Assembly: GCA_001563335.1 (NCBI GenBank)
Contig: LRSL01000055.1
Coordinates: forward strand, 13,030 to 77,029
DNA length: 64,000 bases
Source: Candidatus Thorarchaeota archaeon SMTZ1-45
GTDB taxonomy: Archaea > Asgardarchaeota > Thorarchaeia > Thorarchaeales > Thorarchaeaceae
Direction of reading: 5' to 3'
The position numbers were made by a program, and so were the translations under genes. Below, one piece after another: positions 1 to 10,359 of this stretch (positions are counted from its first letter, which is position 1; every line of letters begins with the position of its first letter). The notes beneath the pieces are model-generated. The model saw nothing but the letters and a program-made list of their open reading frames with translations. It did no database searches and had not been told where the DNA came from.

Positions 1-2
1 AA

Positions 3-89
3 CTACAAAAAGTGAAAGGTGTTGGACCTAAGATTGCAGGACGTATAAGACGTCTATTGACTACAAGATACCCAGGCTCAAAAAGCTAG
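3..89 (+). CDS. 3' end of a helix-hairpin-helix protein, probably the C-terminus of an XPF/ERCC4 (Hef-like) nuclease; partial
   Basis: Manual translation LQKVKGVGPKIAGRIRRLLTTRYPGSKS* contains the HhH motif VKGVG; the 5' part lies outside the window. Confidence 0.6.
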   Translation, partial: LQKVKGVGPKIAGRIRRLLTTRYPGSKS

Positions 90-772
90 TATACACGAGG
101 ATTCTTGCCTTTTCCTCGCTCATAGGCCTCGCGTAGGACATCTGTGATCTTCCTACTGATTTCCCAATAATCTAGGTAATCGTTTTGTTCAAGTCGGACG
201 AGACTGAGAATACTACGGAACAACATATACAATTTAGGGTCAATCTCACAGATCTCGCCGAGGCTTTCCTTGGCAAACTGTAGCCCTCTTAGGTAAATCT
301 TGTCTCGTTTTGTCATAGCCTCAGCTATTTCTTTCATCTCTTGTTTATCCTTTAGCTCGAAACCCAATTGTTTCATCGTACCTATGATGTCAAGTGTCCG
401 ATCCAGTTCAGACTCAGCTTGATCAGGCAGTTCATCCATATCCCCAGTGGCTATGAAGACGTTCTCAGCAGTTGCCCTCCAGAGCTTCTGCATGATATGA
501 CTATCACCATTTCCTGCTGGTTCGTAGCCATCTTGCTCCACCAAGCCACACTTCTCGAGCTCTTTGATGTGATATCTTACGGTTTGAGGTTTGATTTCCT
601 TTTCAGGATCTTGTTTTGATAGAAAATCGATGAGTTCTGTAGTAGACATTCGTCGGGCTCTCAAGGCATGAAGTATCTGTCTACGACTTTCGTCACTTAG
701 GACTTTGTACGCATCGATTGCTTCTTCACCAGTCAGGACCCGTATCGTGTCGATTGGTTTCGCCCCCTGCAT
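86..772 (-). CDS. ArsR-like winged-helix transcriptional regulator with C-terminal helical extension
   Basis: AYKVLSDESRRQILHAL...TVRYHIKELEKCGLVE wHTH pattern. Confidence 0.75.
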   Translation of the reverse strand: MQGAKPIDTIRVLTGEEAIDAYKVLSDESRRQILHALRARRMSTTELIDFLSKQDPEKEIKPQTVRYHIKELEKCGLVEQDGYEPAGNGDSHIMQKLWRATAENVFIATGDMDELPDQAESELDRTLDIIGTMKQLGFELKDKQEMKEIAEAMTKRDKIYLRGLQFAKESLGEICEIDPKLYMLFRSILSLVRLEQNDYLDYWEISRKITDVLREAYERGKGKNPRVY

Positions 773-879
773 CAGAATTCAACCTTACCTCAAACTATAA
801 GCTTTGAGAAATGTACAAAGTCATATTTTACACGACAGCTAATAGCCCACAGGGCTACTAGTGTCGGAATTCCATTGGT

Positions 880-1143
880 TTATGCAGGCACGTAGATCCA
901 TTGCCGCATGTCCTGCAGGCATGGTACGCGCTTGATTAGTTTCTTCTTCAAGAGTTTTCTAAGAGCATATCTGACAGTTCGAGGTGCGAAAGACACTTTG
1001 TCCAAGAGTTGCTTTGGTGTAACGCCACCCTTACCGCTACTCCTGAGAATATCTAGGACTATCATCTGACTCTTAGTGAGCTTCATGTTCTTGAGCTCTT
1101 CTTGGAGTTGTTGATCACTCATCATTTTTGAATACCTTCCCAT
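880..1143 (-). CDS. Small MarR-like winged-helix DNA-binding protein
   Basis: LTKSQMIVLDIL...PRTVRYALRKLLKKKLIKR...DMRQWIY, with a DxR wing motif. Confidence 0.75.
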   Translation of the reverse strand: MGRYSKMMSDQQLQEELKNMKLTKSQMIVLDILRSSGKGGVTPKQLLDKVSFAPRTVRYALRKLLKKKLIKRVPCLQDMRQWIYVPA

Positions 1144-1384
1144 TGTAATTTGTCAATTTTGTGAGGTTTTCTAATAGAAATTGCCTCAATCAACTAAATA
1201 TTTGACCAACAAAGTTACTTATTAACTTATCGCCGTGTGGAGTAGTATGTCGCGGTGTGTGACTGCGAATACTTAACATTGTTAATATCATTATTTGAAA
1301 GAAACGATCAAAGGCTTACTGGATGTATTTATCTAATTGCGGGAAAGTCTATAACTCCGAAGAACATGAGCTAGATGACCAGCA

Positions 1385-2662
1385 ATGAAAAAAGCCGTCA
1401 TACTTGCAGCAGGTGACTCAACAAGATTGTTGCCGCTATCAGCCAACCAACCCAAACATGTTCTTCCTATTGCTGGGAAACCTTTAATCTTTCACACATT
1501 GGAAGCACTGGAAAAGGCAGGGATCAGAGAAACACTTGTAGTCTATGGATATCAAGCAAGTAAGCTTCGAGAAGCTGTAGAAACACGTGCCTGGAAGATG
1601 AAGATTTCATTTGTAGATCAAAAAGAACGAAAGGGAACTGCTCACGCTGCAGGATATGCCAAGAAGTTTGTAGGAAAGAGTAATGCAATTTTGATGTATG
1701 GTGATGTTATGGTTGGTCCTAATACCTTTGAGGGTCTTATTGAGCGTCATAAGAAGAGAAAGTTTGACTTGACACTCTCAGTTAAACCAATTGAGAATCC
1801 AAGTGCATATGGAGTTGTTAAAGTACAAAGAGGCAAAGCCAAAGCTCTCATTGAAAAGCCTGAGCCAGAACAAATGGTTAGCGATCTTGTGAATGCAGGA
1901 ATCTATGCAATCAGCTACCCAATATGGGAAGCAATAGAGAAGACTGAACTCTCCCCAAGAGGAGAATATGAGATAACCGATTCAATATCTATGCTGATAG
2001 AGAAAGGTAATGTTGGGGCTTATTCATTACCATCTTGGTGGCTGGATATTGGAAAGCCCTGGGATTTGCTTGAAGCAAACAGGCTGTGTCTTGAGCAGTT
2101 GGAAAGACGTGTTGAAGGCACAGTAGAAGATGGGGCCACTGTGAAGGGCAAGGTCATTGTAGAAGAAGGCACCCTGATGAAGAGTGGTGCATATATTGAG
2201 GGTCCAGTTTTCATAGATGGGGAATCTGTCATTGGGCCGAACTGCTATATTCGACCACATACATCTCTTGGAAAGAGAGTCAAGATTGGAAATGCTGTAG
2301 AGATTAAGAACTCAATCATAATGAATGACACTAATGTTGGACACCTCTCATATGTCGGTGATTCTATAATTGGTCAACGATCAAACTTTGGTGCAGGAAC
2401 CATCACAGCTAACCTTCGTCATGATAACGAGACCATCTTTGCGACTGTAAAAGGTGAGCGTATAAACTCTGGGAGACGAAAACTTGGAGCTATCATCGGT
2501 GATGACGTAAAAACTGGTATTGGAACATCGATAAGTCCTGGGGTGGTGCTTCATCAGGGCTCTCAGACGGGAGTTGGTGTTATCGTCAAACGGGACATTG
2601 CACCGTATAAACTAGTTACTGTAAAACAGGACCAATCTATAATGGATGTAGAACGCCGATAG
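1385..2662 (+). CDS. glmU: Bifunctional sugar-1-phosphate nucleotidylyltransferase/acetyltransferase (archaeal GlmU)
   Basis: AVILAAGDSTRLLPL...PK NTase motif, EKP motif, C-terminal hexapeptide repeats, HLSYVGDS, NFGAGTITANLRHD. Confidence 0.88.
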   Translation: MKKAVILAAGDSTRLLPLSANQPKHVLPIAGKPLIFHTLEALEKAGIRETLVVYGYQASKLREAVETRAWKMKISFVDQKERKGTAHAAGYAKKFVGKSNAILMYGDVMVGPNTFEGLIERHKKRKFDLTLSVKPIENPSAYGVVKVQRGKAKALIEKPEPEQMVSDLVNAGIYAISYPIWEAIEKTELSPRGEYEITDSISMLIEKGNVGAYSLPSWWLDIGKPWDLLEANRLCLEQLERRVEGTVEDGATVKGKVIVEEGTLMKSGAYIEGPVFIDGESVIGPNCYIRPHTSLGKRVKIGNAVEIKNSIIMNDTNVGHLSYVGDSIIGQRSNFGAGTITANLRHDNETIFATVKGERINSGRRKLGAIIGDDVKTGIGTSISPGVVLHQGSQTGVGVIVKRDIAPYKLVTVKQDQSIMDVERR

Positions 2663-2676
2663 AGAGGAGTGATGCT

Positions 2677-4203
2677 TTGTCATCCAATAAACTGAAAGAG
2701 TTCAACACAGTAGTAAAGGACTCAAGCAGTGTCAATGTTCTCTTCGGGTACTGTTATCCATCCACATACAGAGCAGGAATGACTGGACTTGCATTGCATA
2801 TCTTTTATGCGATTTTAAACTCAAGAGAGGACACCTCATGCGAGAGATACTTCCGATATGATACTCCATCTCCAGCTCTTTCAGTAGATAGTCAGAGACC
2901 TCTGAAACATAATCACATTATTGGATTTTCACTTACTTATGAAGAGGACATAGTCAATCTAGTACAGATGCTCGACTCAGGTGATGTGCCAGTTCTTTCT
3001 GAGAAAAGAACCGAAGATGACCCTTTGGTCATTGTTGGAGGACCAGTCATCACTGCAAACCCTGAGCCCTTTGTTGATTTTGTAGATGCATTTGTAATTG
3101 GGGAAGGAGATGCAATAATTCATGATATTGTAGATGCAGTTGCATCTGGAAGTTCACGGAAAGAGGTATTGGCGCAATTTGCGGAACTCAACGGCGTATA
3201 TGTTCCAACGATTCCAAGATTGAATATTGATAGGAATATCATTCTTGACCTTGATTCACTCGAGTATCCCATTTCTCAGATTGTTCCCGATGTTCCAGAG
3301 GATTCAAGACTTGAGCCTGTTTTCGGAAAGTCGTTTCTTCTTGAGGTGACTAGAGGTTGTGGTCACTCTTGTCGATTTTGTCTCATTGGTCATGTATGTC
3401 AACCAAGAAGAACTAGAAGTCTTGACAGACTGAAATATCTAGTCAATATGGGGATAGAAAATACACCCGTAGGTAAAGTATCCATGATAGGATCTTCTCT
3501 TGGAGACCTTGATGGATTGGAAAGCCTTGTTTGTTGGACCGTAGACCAAGGCCTTGGAGTTTCTGTACCATCATTACGTGCAGACTCTGTGAGTGAACCA
3601 CTCTTGGAGTGTTTGGTTAAGAGCGGACAACGAACACTAACAATTGCTCCGGAAACGGGATCACAAGATCTGCGAAAATCGATTGGAAAAGGATTACAGA
3701 ACTCTGACATCGAGAATGCTGTGGAAGTGGCAGCACGATCTGGTTACAACGCACTGAAGCTCTATTTCATAATTGGACTTCCAGGGGAGACTGATGATGA
3801 TATTAAGGCCTCTGTAGACATGATTATCAACTTAGCAAAAGCCTCTAGTTTGAAGGTCACAGCCAATATCAATCCCTTCATTCCTAAGGCGCAAACTAGA
3901 TGGGAAAGGGAACCCCAACCACCAATAGAAGAACTACGTCGAAAGTTGAAGCTGATTGAAAGAGGTGTGAAAGGGAGAGTAAAAGTAACGATTGAATCAC
4001 TGGACCCAAGAAATGCAAGGATACAGGCGGCGCTTTCAATTGGAGACCGGTCATTAGGCAGGGTGATTCGGAATGCAGCTACCTATGGAGGATATGGAGG
4101 GTGGCGGCGGGCTGAGAAAGAAACTGGAATCCCGTTCTTTTCATTAGCAAATGATGCAGAAAGACTACAAAATGAGTTGCCTTGGTCCTTTTTGCGCAAA
4201 TGA
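2677..4203 (+). CDS. Radical SAM protein with N-terminal B12-binding-like domain
   Basis: EVTRGCGHSCRFC CxxxCxxC; VGGP..TANPEP; APETGS; YFIIGLPGET; FIPK motif. Confidence 0.85.
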   Translation: MSSNKLKEFNTVVKDSSSVNVLFGYCYPSTYRAGMTGLALHIFYAILNSREDTSCERYFRYDTPSPALSVDSQRPLKHNHIIGFSLTYEEDIVNLVQMLDSGDVPVLSEKRTEDDPLVIVGGPVITANPEPFVDFVDAFVIGEGDAIIHDIVDAVASGSSRKEVLAQFAELNGVYVPTIPRLNIDRNIILDLDSLEYPISQIVPDVPEDSRLEPVFGKSFLLEVTRGCGHSCRFCLIGHVCQPRRTRSLDRLKYLVNMGIENTPVGKVSMIGSSLGDLDGLESLVCWTVDQGLGVSVPSLRADSVSEPLLECLVKSGQRTLTIAPETGSQDLRKSIGKGLQNSDIENAVEVAARSGYNALKLYFIIGLPGETDDDIKASVDMIINLAKASSLKVTANINPFIPKAQTRWEREPQPPIEELRRKLKLIERGVKGRVKVTIESLDPRNARIQAALSIGDRSLGRVIRNAATYGGYGGWRRAEKETGIPFFSLANDAERLQNELPWSFLRK

Positions 4204-4311
4204 TGATTGAAAAACTAGCGCCATCTTGACAAAGCTCATAAGTCAATTCTCAGAAGTCTCTCTTGAGATACACTATGCCCTGTACGGGTCATGGTTGTCT
4301 GGTGACGATAC

Positions 4312-4656
4312 ATGTCTGAAGATGGTGAATTTCGGGAAACATTTCCCGCTCTCAGTAAGGAGCTTGAAGAGAAAACCACAAAGACATTGAAGATAGATGG
4401 TGTCCGGACAATGGCGGAGGAAACAGGTCCCAAGGGAGGCACAGAAACATTCACACCGGATGTGGTGGATTATATTCGACGATGTGACACAGTGTCGCAG
4501 GCTCTTGAGATCGTTGATTATCTTATGAGAAGAAACGAGATTAGTCCATCGCAAGCTAGGGAGATAAAGGGTCAATTGAAGACTGATGGTCTTAGGAGCT
4601 TTGGCTCAAAGAAGGAAAAAGACCACTACCTCCACCACGGAATTGGTGAGGAATAG
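4312..4656 (+). CDS. DUF2095-like conserved archaeal protein
   Basis: FPALSKEL, PDVVDYIRRCDT, EIVDYL, GLRSFGSKKE.HY motifs. Confidence 0.7.
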   Translation: MSEDGEFRETFPALSKELEEKTTKTLKIDGVRTMAEETGPKGGTETFTPDVVDYIRRCDTVSQALEIVDYLMRRNEISPSQAREIKGQLKTDGLRSFGSKKEKDHYLHHGIGEE

Positions 4657-4846
4657 AACAGAATAGCCTTAAAATGTGGCTAAGACTTTCATGAGTTTTA
4701 CATGCTTAGTAGAGCCTACTAGGTAACTAAGATACACATAGAGCAATTCTTTCATACAACTTTGTACGAGGAGGAGAGGGTTTGAGAAAGCAAAGCTAAG
4801 TAGAACGCGTGCAAAGACTGTTAGTGAGTCTGGATACGGACTTCAC

Positions 4847-6247
4847 TTAGCTTGGTTTGTAAACACCCTTGTCACGAGCCCACGAGATCGTTTCTGGGTC
4901 GCAACGCTTGAGTTCACGTTCTGGGAAGTCACTCAGGAGGTTCCACCCAATATCAAGAGTCTGCTCAAATGAACGGTCTTCAAACTCACCTTGGTTGATG
5001 AATTCAGTCTCAAATTTATCTGCAAACTTGAGATACTTCTGATCGCGGTCTGTCAAAGCCTCTGATCCTACGACTGCAACAAGGTCTCTGAGGTCACGAC
5101 CTTCAGAGTAAGCATAGTACAGTTGTGCCTGTATTTCCTTGTGATCAAATCGTGTCATTCCTTCACCTATTCCTTCTTTCATCAATCTGCTCAGTGATGG
5201 GCCAGGATCGATTGGTGGAAATATACCTCGTCTGTGTAGTCCTCTTCCAACGATAATCTGGCCTTCAGTGATGTAACCAGTGAGGTCTGGGATAGGATGA
5301 GTCATATCATCCTGTGGCATGGATAGAATCGGCATCTGAGTGATTGTACCATTTCGCCCATGAATACGACCAGCTCGTTCATAGATAAGACTGAGATCTG
5401 TGTAGAGATAACCAGGATACCCGCGTCGTCCAGGCACCTCAGACCTGGCTGCACTGATCTCTCGAAGAGCCTCAGCATAGTTAGTCATATCGGTCAGGAT
5501 TACAAGTACGTGCATATCAGCAGTGTAGGCTAAATACTCAGCAGCTGTGAGCGCCGCTCGTGGAGTGATGATACGTTCAATTGCTGGATCATTCGCCAAG
5601 TTCAGAAAGAGTGTAGTGTGTTCGAGTGCACCTGTTTCTTCAAAGGACTGCATGAAATATTGTGCCTCAGTGGCTGTGATACCCATCGCTGCAAACACAA
5701 TAGCAAAATCACCTTCCTCACCAGGAATCTCTGCTTGTCTTACAATCTGCGCAGCAAGTCTATTATGAGGGAGTCCGGATCCAGAGAAGATTGGTAGTTT
5801 CTGCCCACGGACAAGTGTGTTGAGTCCATCAATCGCAGATACACCAGTTTGGATTGGCTGTCGTGGATATTGTCGTGCATATGGATTGATGGGTGACCCG
5901 TAAATATCCCAATGATCCTCAGCAGTGAGCCGGGGGCCTTTATCCAATGGGTTTCCAGCGCCATCAAGAACCCTACCTAGAATCTCAGATGAAACAGGAA
6001 GCTTTAGTGTGTCACCTGTGAAACGTACAGCTGTAGTGTCTGTATCAAGTCCGCTTGTCCCTTCAAAGACTTGGATTACAGCACGGCCCTTTCCTGTTTC
6101 TAGAACAGTGCCTGTGAGTAACTCACCAGCGGGTGACCTGATTTTCACAACTTCATTGTATGACACATCGTGAGTGTTTTCGACGACAAGTAGCGGACCA
6201 CTTACGTCAGAAACGGTTCTGTAGACGATTGAGGATTCTTTAGACAT
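4847..6247 (-). CDS. atpB: V/A-type ATP synthase subunit B
   Basis: [44 protein letters not shown]; start trimmed to the ATG at 6247 (MSKESS). Confidence 0.97.
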   Translation of the reverse strand: MSKESSIVYRTVSDVSGPLLVVENTHDVSYNEVVKIRSPAGELLTGTVLETGKGRAVIQVFEGTSGLDTDTTAVRFTGDTLKLPVSSEILGRVLDGAGNPLDKGPRLTAEDHWDIYGSPINPYARQYPRQPIQTGVSAIDGLNTLVRGQKLPIFSGSGLPHNRLAAQIVRQAEIPGEEGDFAIVFAAMGITATEAQYFMQSFEETGALEHTTLFLNLANDPAIERIITPRAALTAAEYLAYTADMHVLVILTDMTNYAEALREISAARSEVPGRRGYPGYLYTDLSLIYERAGRIHGRNGTITQMPILSMPQDDMTHPIPDLTGYITEGQIIVGRGLHRRGIFPPIDPGPSLSRLMKEGIGEGMTRFDHKEIQAQLYYAYSEGRDLRDLVAVVGSEALTDRDQKYLKFADKFETEFINQGEFEDRSFEQTLDIGWNLLSDFPERELKRCDPETISWARDKGVYKPS

Positions 6248-6324
6248 TATAGAAACCGCCTTTGTCATGTGTTCTGTGCTTCGATGTCGTAAAAGTAGCT
6301 GAGTTTTAAGAGTTGCGAAGTGCT

Positions 6325-6840
6325 CTACAGCCATGCGGCAACATGAAAGAAGGCAAGAATCGGAGCCAGCAATAGGGCTCGAACAATTAGAGACTTGCCC
6401 TTTCCAGTCATATCATTTGCGCTGGGGGTGAAGTATAAGATAGCACCAGCAAGCAGACAGATTGCAACAATAGCATCCCCTAGCCAGACCAGTATCGAGA
6501 TTATCTCCGCATCAGTCATACCAAGGAGATGAAGCCAGGCGCTTGTTGCACTTTCAACTGTGATTGTTTCAACTCCACTGAGCTGAGCGAGTAGATTTAT
6601 GATAAGGGGCCCACCGAAGAAAAGAACTATGCCTGCTGCAACCAAGGATTTTGCTAGACCATCGCTAAGCCCAGTTGCATATATCATCATGCCAATCAGG
6701 ATGAAAATTAGGTAACCACGAATTGCCAGTGCAAAAAGAGCATTGAGTATCTCGCCTAATGTGCTGAACCAAGTATCAGGCAGTGGTATATCAAATGGCG
6801 ACTGTATCAATAGAAGCACTAGATTGCCCATGTGACTCAC
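6325..6840 (-). CDS. Membrane protein with two tandem hydrophobic hairpins (VirB2/TrbC pilin-like pattern)
   Basis: Four hydrophobic segments forming two similar units: [19 protein letters not shown] and [22 protein letters not shown]. Confidence 0.55.
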   Translation of the reverse strand: MSHMGNLVLLLIQSPFDIPLPDTWFSTLGEILNALFALAIRGYLIFILIGMMIYATGLSDGLAKSLVAAGIVLFFGGPLIINLLAQLSGVETITVESATSAWLHLLGMTDAEIISILVWLGDAIVAICLLAGAILYFTPSANDMTGKGKSLIVRALLLAPILAFFHVAAWL

Positions 6841-6875
6841 AGAAGAGAGTTAGCATGATTGGATATAATGACCAC

Positions 6876-7427
6876 TCAAACGAGCTCTTGTTTTAGAACT
6901 TGAAAATCTTCTCTCATTCGGTTTTTGACCTTAGGGAATCTGAGTGCAGCTGCTGGGTGGTAGGTCATGAAGTATTTTCTATCATCGATCTCATGGAACT
7001 GGCCATGTGCTTCTGAAACCTTCCGTGGACCGAGAAGTGAAGTGATTGCCACCCCTCCCAAGAGAACTACAACTTTGGGATTGATTATCTCAATCTGCTG
7101 TTCAAGATATGGTCTGCACGTGTTGATTTCGGCCTGAGTAGGAGTCCGATTCCTTGGGGGTCTTGACTTTAAGATGGATGTTATGAAGACATTATCTCTT
7201 GAGAAACCTATCTCTTGAATCATTGACGTTAGGAATTCACCAGATCTTCCAACAAATGGACGACCAGTTTCATCCTCACTCGCACCAGGAGCTTCACCTA
7301 TAAACATCACTTCTGAGTCCACTGAGCCTTCCCCAGGAACTGCATTGATACGTGTCTTATGTAGAGGACAAAGTGTGCAATTTCTGATTACATCATGTAA
7401 TGCTTCAAGCTGCTTTTTTCGTGTCAT
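6876..7427 (-). CDS. udg: Family-4 uracil-DNA glycosylase
   Basis: CxxC (CTLCPL), GEAPG, GRPFVGRSG, RPPxNR, YHPAA motifs. Confidence 0.93.
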   Translation of the reverse strand: MTRKKQLEALHDVIRNCTLCPLHKTRINAVPGEGSVDSEVMFIGEAPGASEDETGRPFVGRSGEFLTSMIQEIGFSRDNVFITSILKSRPPRNRTPTQAEINTCRPYLEQQIEIINPKVVVLLGGVAITSLLGPRKVSEAHGQFHEIDDRKYFMTYHPAAALRFPKVKNRMREDFQVLKQELV

Positions 7428-7491
7428 GTCTAGTTACTATATCACAATCTTAGCGATAAAAGCCACGAATTTCCAGATTACCGCTCACATA

Positions 7492-9300
7492 CTATTTTGC
7501 ACTTTCTTGATACAACAGACCAGATTCGGACATCTCTTGAAACAGTGATTGAAACTCGCCTTCCATCTTCCGCTCTATTGCATCCATTGTTTCATCATAC
7601 GAGTCCCAAGGTGCAATCTTCATTCTCGCAATGTTATCTAGAACACTGAGCTCTAGGATTCTTCGAACATGAACACCTAGCTGCACAGCTTCTGTCATCT
7701 TCTTTGTGAAGTTGATGATGATTCTCAACATACGATAGGTCTTACCCATAGGAGAGAATGTGTCAATCTCATGAAGTGCACTCTGTGTCAGAAAGTCTTC
7801 CTTAATCATCCGTGCAGCTTCTAAAACTGCACGTTCAGATTCAGGAAGTGCATCAGGTCCAACAAGCTGTACAATCTCTCTTAGTTCTTGATCTTTCTGC
7901 AAGAGAGCTAATGCTTCCTTTACTAGCTCTGGCCAGTCATTTCCCATGTTCATTCTTTGCCACTTCTCAAGAGTACCAAAGTATAGAGAATAGCTTGTCA
8001 GAGTGTTAATAGCAGGGAAGAATCTTCGGGCTGCAAGATCCTTATCAAGTGCCCAGAACACTTTAACGATCCTAAGAGTTGCTTGAGTGACTGGTTCTGA
8101 GAAGTCACCTCCAGGGGGTGAAACAGCCCCGCAGATTGTAATTGAGCCAAGTGTTTCTTTAGACCCAAGTGTCTTCACTCTACCACCACGCTCATAGAAC
8201 TGAGCTAGTCGTGAACCAAGATAGGCAGGATAGCCCTCTTCAGATGGCAGCTGTCCGAGACGACCTGAAATCTCTCGTAGTGCCTCAGCCCAACGGGAGG
8301 TTGAATCAGCCATAAGTGCTACGTCAAAGCCTTGGTCTCTGAAATATTCAGCAAGCGTGACAGCTACATAGATAGATGCTTCACGCGCTGCCACTGGCAT
8401 ATTAGATGTATTGGCAATCAGAACTGTCCGTTCCATCAGGGGACGACCTGTCTTTGGGTCTTTCAGATGTGGCCACTCCTCAAGTGCCTCTGTCATCTCA
8501 TTCCCACGTTCACCACAACCAACATAGACAACAACTTGTGCGTCTGCCCACTTAGCAAACTGATGGAGTGCGACTGTTTTTCCGGTCCCGAAACCACCTG
8601 GGATAGCACCAGTACCACCCTTTGCTTGGGGCATGAATGTATCAATGACGCGCTGTCCCGTCACCAAAGGGGTATCCATTCCAACACGTTCTTTGAAGGA
8701 ACGACCCACTCTGACGGGGGTTCTCTGCATCATCATGACATTATGGACATCACCATGTTGATCTTTCACTTTACAGATAGTTTCATTGACTGTGTACTCG
8801 CCCTTCTTAACTATCTCAACAATCTCGCCCTTCACTCCAAAGGGAATGAGAATTCTGGATGTGATGATACCTGTTTCAGGCACCTCACCAATGATGTCGC
8901 CAGGTTCAACATTGTCGCCTACTTTTACGGTGGGATTGAACTCCCATTTCTTCTCTTTGTTAAGACCTTCAACACTGAGCCCTCTTGTTATGAAGTCACC
9001 AGACATTTCTCGTAGGTCGGGTAGTGGTCTCTGAATACCATCATAGATTGATCCCAGAAGACCAGGTCCAAGTTCTACTGAAAGAGAGTCCCCTGTGGCT
9101 TCAACTGGCTCACCAGGAGCAACACCAGATGTTTCCTCATAGACCTGGGCTGTGAACTCTTCTTCTCCAACTTCAATCACTTCGCCAATTAGCTTTTGGT
9201 GTCCTACTCGCACGACTTCGTACATACGAACAGCAGGAATACCAGAGCACTTGACTACGGGTCCTGCAATACTTTCAATACGCCCAGTTTGTCTAGTCAA
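7492..9300 (-). CDS. atpA: V/A-type ATP synthase subunit A
   Basis: P-loop [50 protein letters not shown]; no intein. Confidence 0.97.
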   Translation of the reverse strand: MTRQTGRIESIAGPVVKCSGIPAVRMYEVVRVGHQKLIGEVIEVGEEEFTAQVYEETSGVAPGEPVEATGDSLSVELGPGLLGSIYDGIQRPLPDLREMSGDFITRGLSVEGLNKEKKWEFNPTVKVGDNVEPGDIIGEVPETGIITSRILIPFGVKGEIVEIVKKGEYTVNETICKVKDQHGDVHNVMMMQRTPVRVGRSFKERVGMDTPLVTGQRVIDTFMPQAKGGTGAIPGGFGTGKTVALHQFAKWADAQVVVYVGCGERGNEMTEALEEWPHLKDPKTGRPLMERTVLIANTSNMPVAAREASIYVAVTLAEYFRDQGFDVALMADSTSRWAEALREISGRLGQLPSEEGYPAYLGSRLAQFYERGGRVKTLGSKETLGSITICGAVSPPGGDFSEPVTQATLRIVKVFWALDKDLAARRFFPAINTLTSYSLYFGTLEKWQRMNMGNDWPELVKEALALLQKDQELREIVQLVGPDALPESERAVLEAARMIKEDFLTQSALHEIDTFSPMGKTYRMLRIIINFTKKMTEAVQLGVHVRRILELSVLDNIARMKIAPWDSYDETMDAIERKMEGEFQSLFQEMSESGLLYQESAK

Positions 9301-9327
9301 TGTTCATATCTCCAGTTTGGTCTTAGC

Positions 9328-9651
9328 CTAGATGTTAATCTCGATTCCAACAGCTCTGCGAATCAGCTCTTTTAGCACTGTTTCATAGGCGCCAGTGGTT
9401 CCATTTCTGTCTGGTACCAGCAATATAACTGGTATGGGTGATTGTGAGAACTCAACGATTGTATCTTCTACTTCCGCAGCTAATGGTTCGGTGATGATGA
9501 TAAGTCCCATAGCGGGGTCTCTGAAGAACTGATAGAGCAGATCACGGGTTTCCGCTGGAGTTTTTGGAATAGCACACTCGCTCACACCGACCAACCGAAA
9601 TCCGGTGACTGTGTCCCTATCACCAATCACTGCAATCTTATCACTCGACAT
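9328..9651 (-). CDS. atpF: V/A-type ATP synthase subunit F
   Basis: KIAVIGDRDTVTGFRLVGV...IRRAVG; start trimmed to the ATG at 9651. Confidence 0.93.
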   Translation of the reverse strand: MSSDKIAVIGDRDTVTGFRLVGVSECAIPKTPAETRDLLYQFFRDPAMGLIIITEPLAAEVEDTIVEFSQSPIPVILLVPDRNGTTGAYETVLKELIRRAVGIEINI

Positions 9652-9734
9652 GGTAGATACCACTGTAGTCGGACTTGGCTCATGCTTTAGCTGTCCACTA
9701 AAAAGCATTTGGAATGAACATGATTGATAGAAAT

Positions 9735-10220
9735 CTAACCTGCAAATTGAGTAATGATGTCTTGCTCCTCGACAATTGTCCAGCAATACAGACATTTTAG
9801 CTGAACAGGGGTTCTAGAAACTACCTCATACTTGCTATGGATTGGTTCGCGCTCTTTATTTGTCACACACCGCTGATTAGGACATTTAAAGATGTCAGCA
9901 ATTATCTCAGGTAGCTGAACACGTGTCTTCTTTATGACTTTGAAGTCCTCAATAAGATTGATTGTAGCCTCTGGTGCGACAAGTGCAATTCGTGCAACCT
10001 CTTCTTCTTTGAGAAATCGATGCTCAACTTTCACAATGTCTTTTTTCCCTATCTTTGAACTGGTTATGTTCATAGCTAGAGAAACAACATTCCCATCCTT
10101 CCCTGTGATTCCTAGAATCTTTAGAACCTCTAGAGCTTTTCCAGCTCTGATATGATCAATCACAGTTCCATCATGAATCTTGACAATTCTGATTTTTTCA
10201 GTACCAACTTTCTCAGACAT
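9735..10220 (-). CDS. pyrI: Aspartate carbamoyltransferase regulatory chain
   Basis: GTVIDHI, KKDIVKVE, APEATIN, Zn ligands CPNQRC and CLYC. Confidence 0.95.
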   Translation of the reverse strand: MSEKVGTEKIRIVKIHDGTVIDHIRAGKALEVLKILGITGKDGNVVSLAMNITSSKIGKKDIVKVEHRFLKEEEVARIALVAPEATINLIEDFKVIKKTRVQLPEIIADIFKCPNQRCVTNKEREPIHSKYEVVSRTPVQLKCLYCWTIVEEQDIITQFAG

Positions 10221-10359
10221 ATAAGACACACGCAGCTCGTCATATCATTCACCCAGTTTTAGACCTTATCATTCAGAGCGCGAAAAACGTTCATCTTCTC
10301 AAAGGCGAAGGTTGATATGGACAACCGCTTGAACAGTCCCAGAAAACGGTGGAATTGTC

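Noticed and set aside
8332-9015. 227-aa antisense ORF, and the many other shadow ORFs (e.g. 35420-35995, 38484-38960, 26331-26813)
   Set aside because: They lie within well-supported genes on the opposite strand or frame and show no motifs
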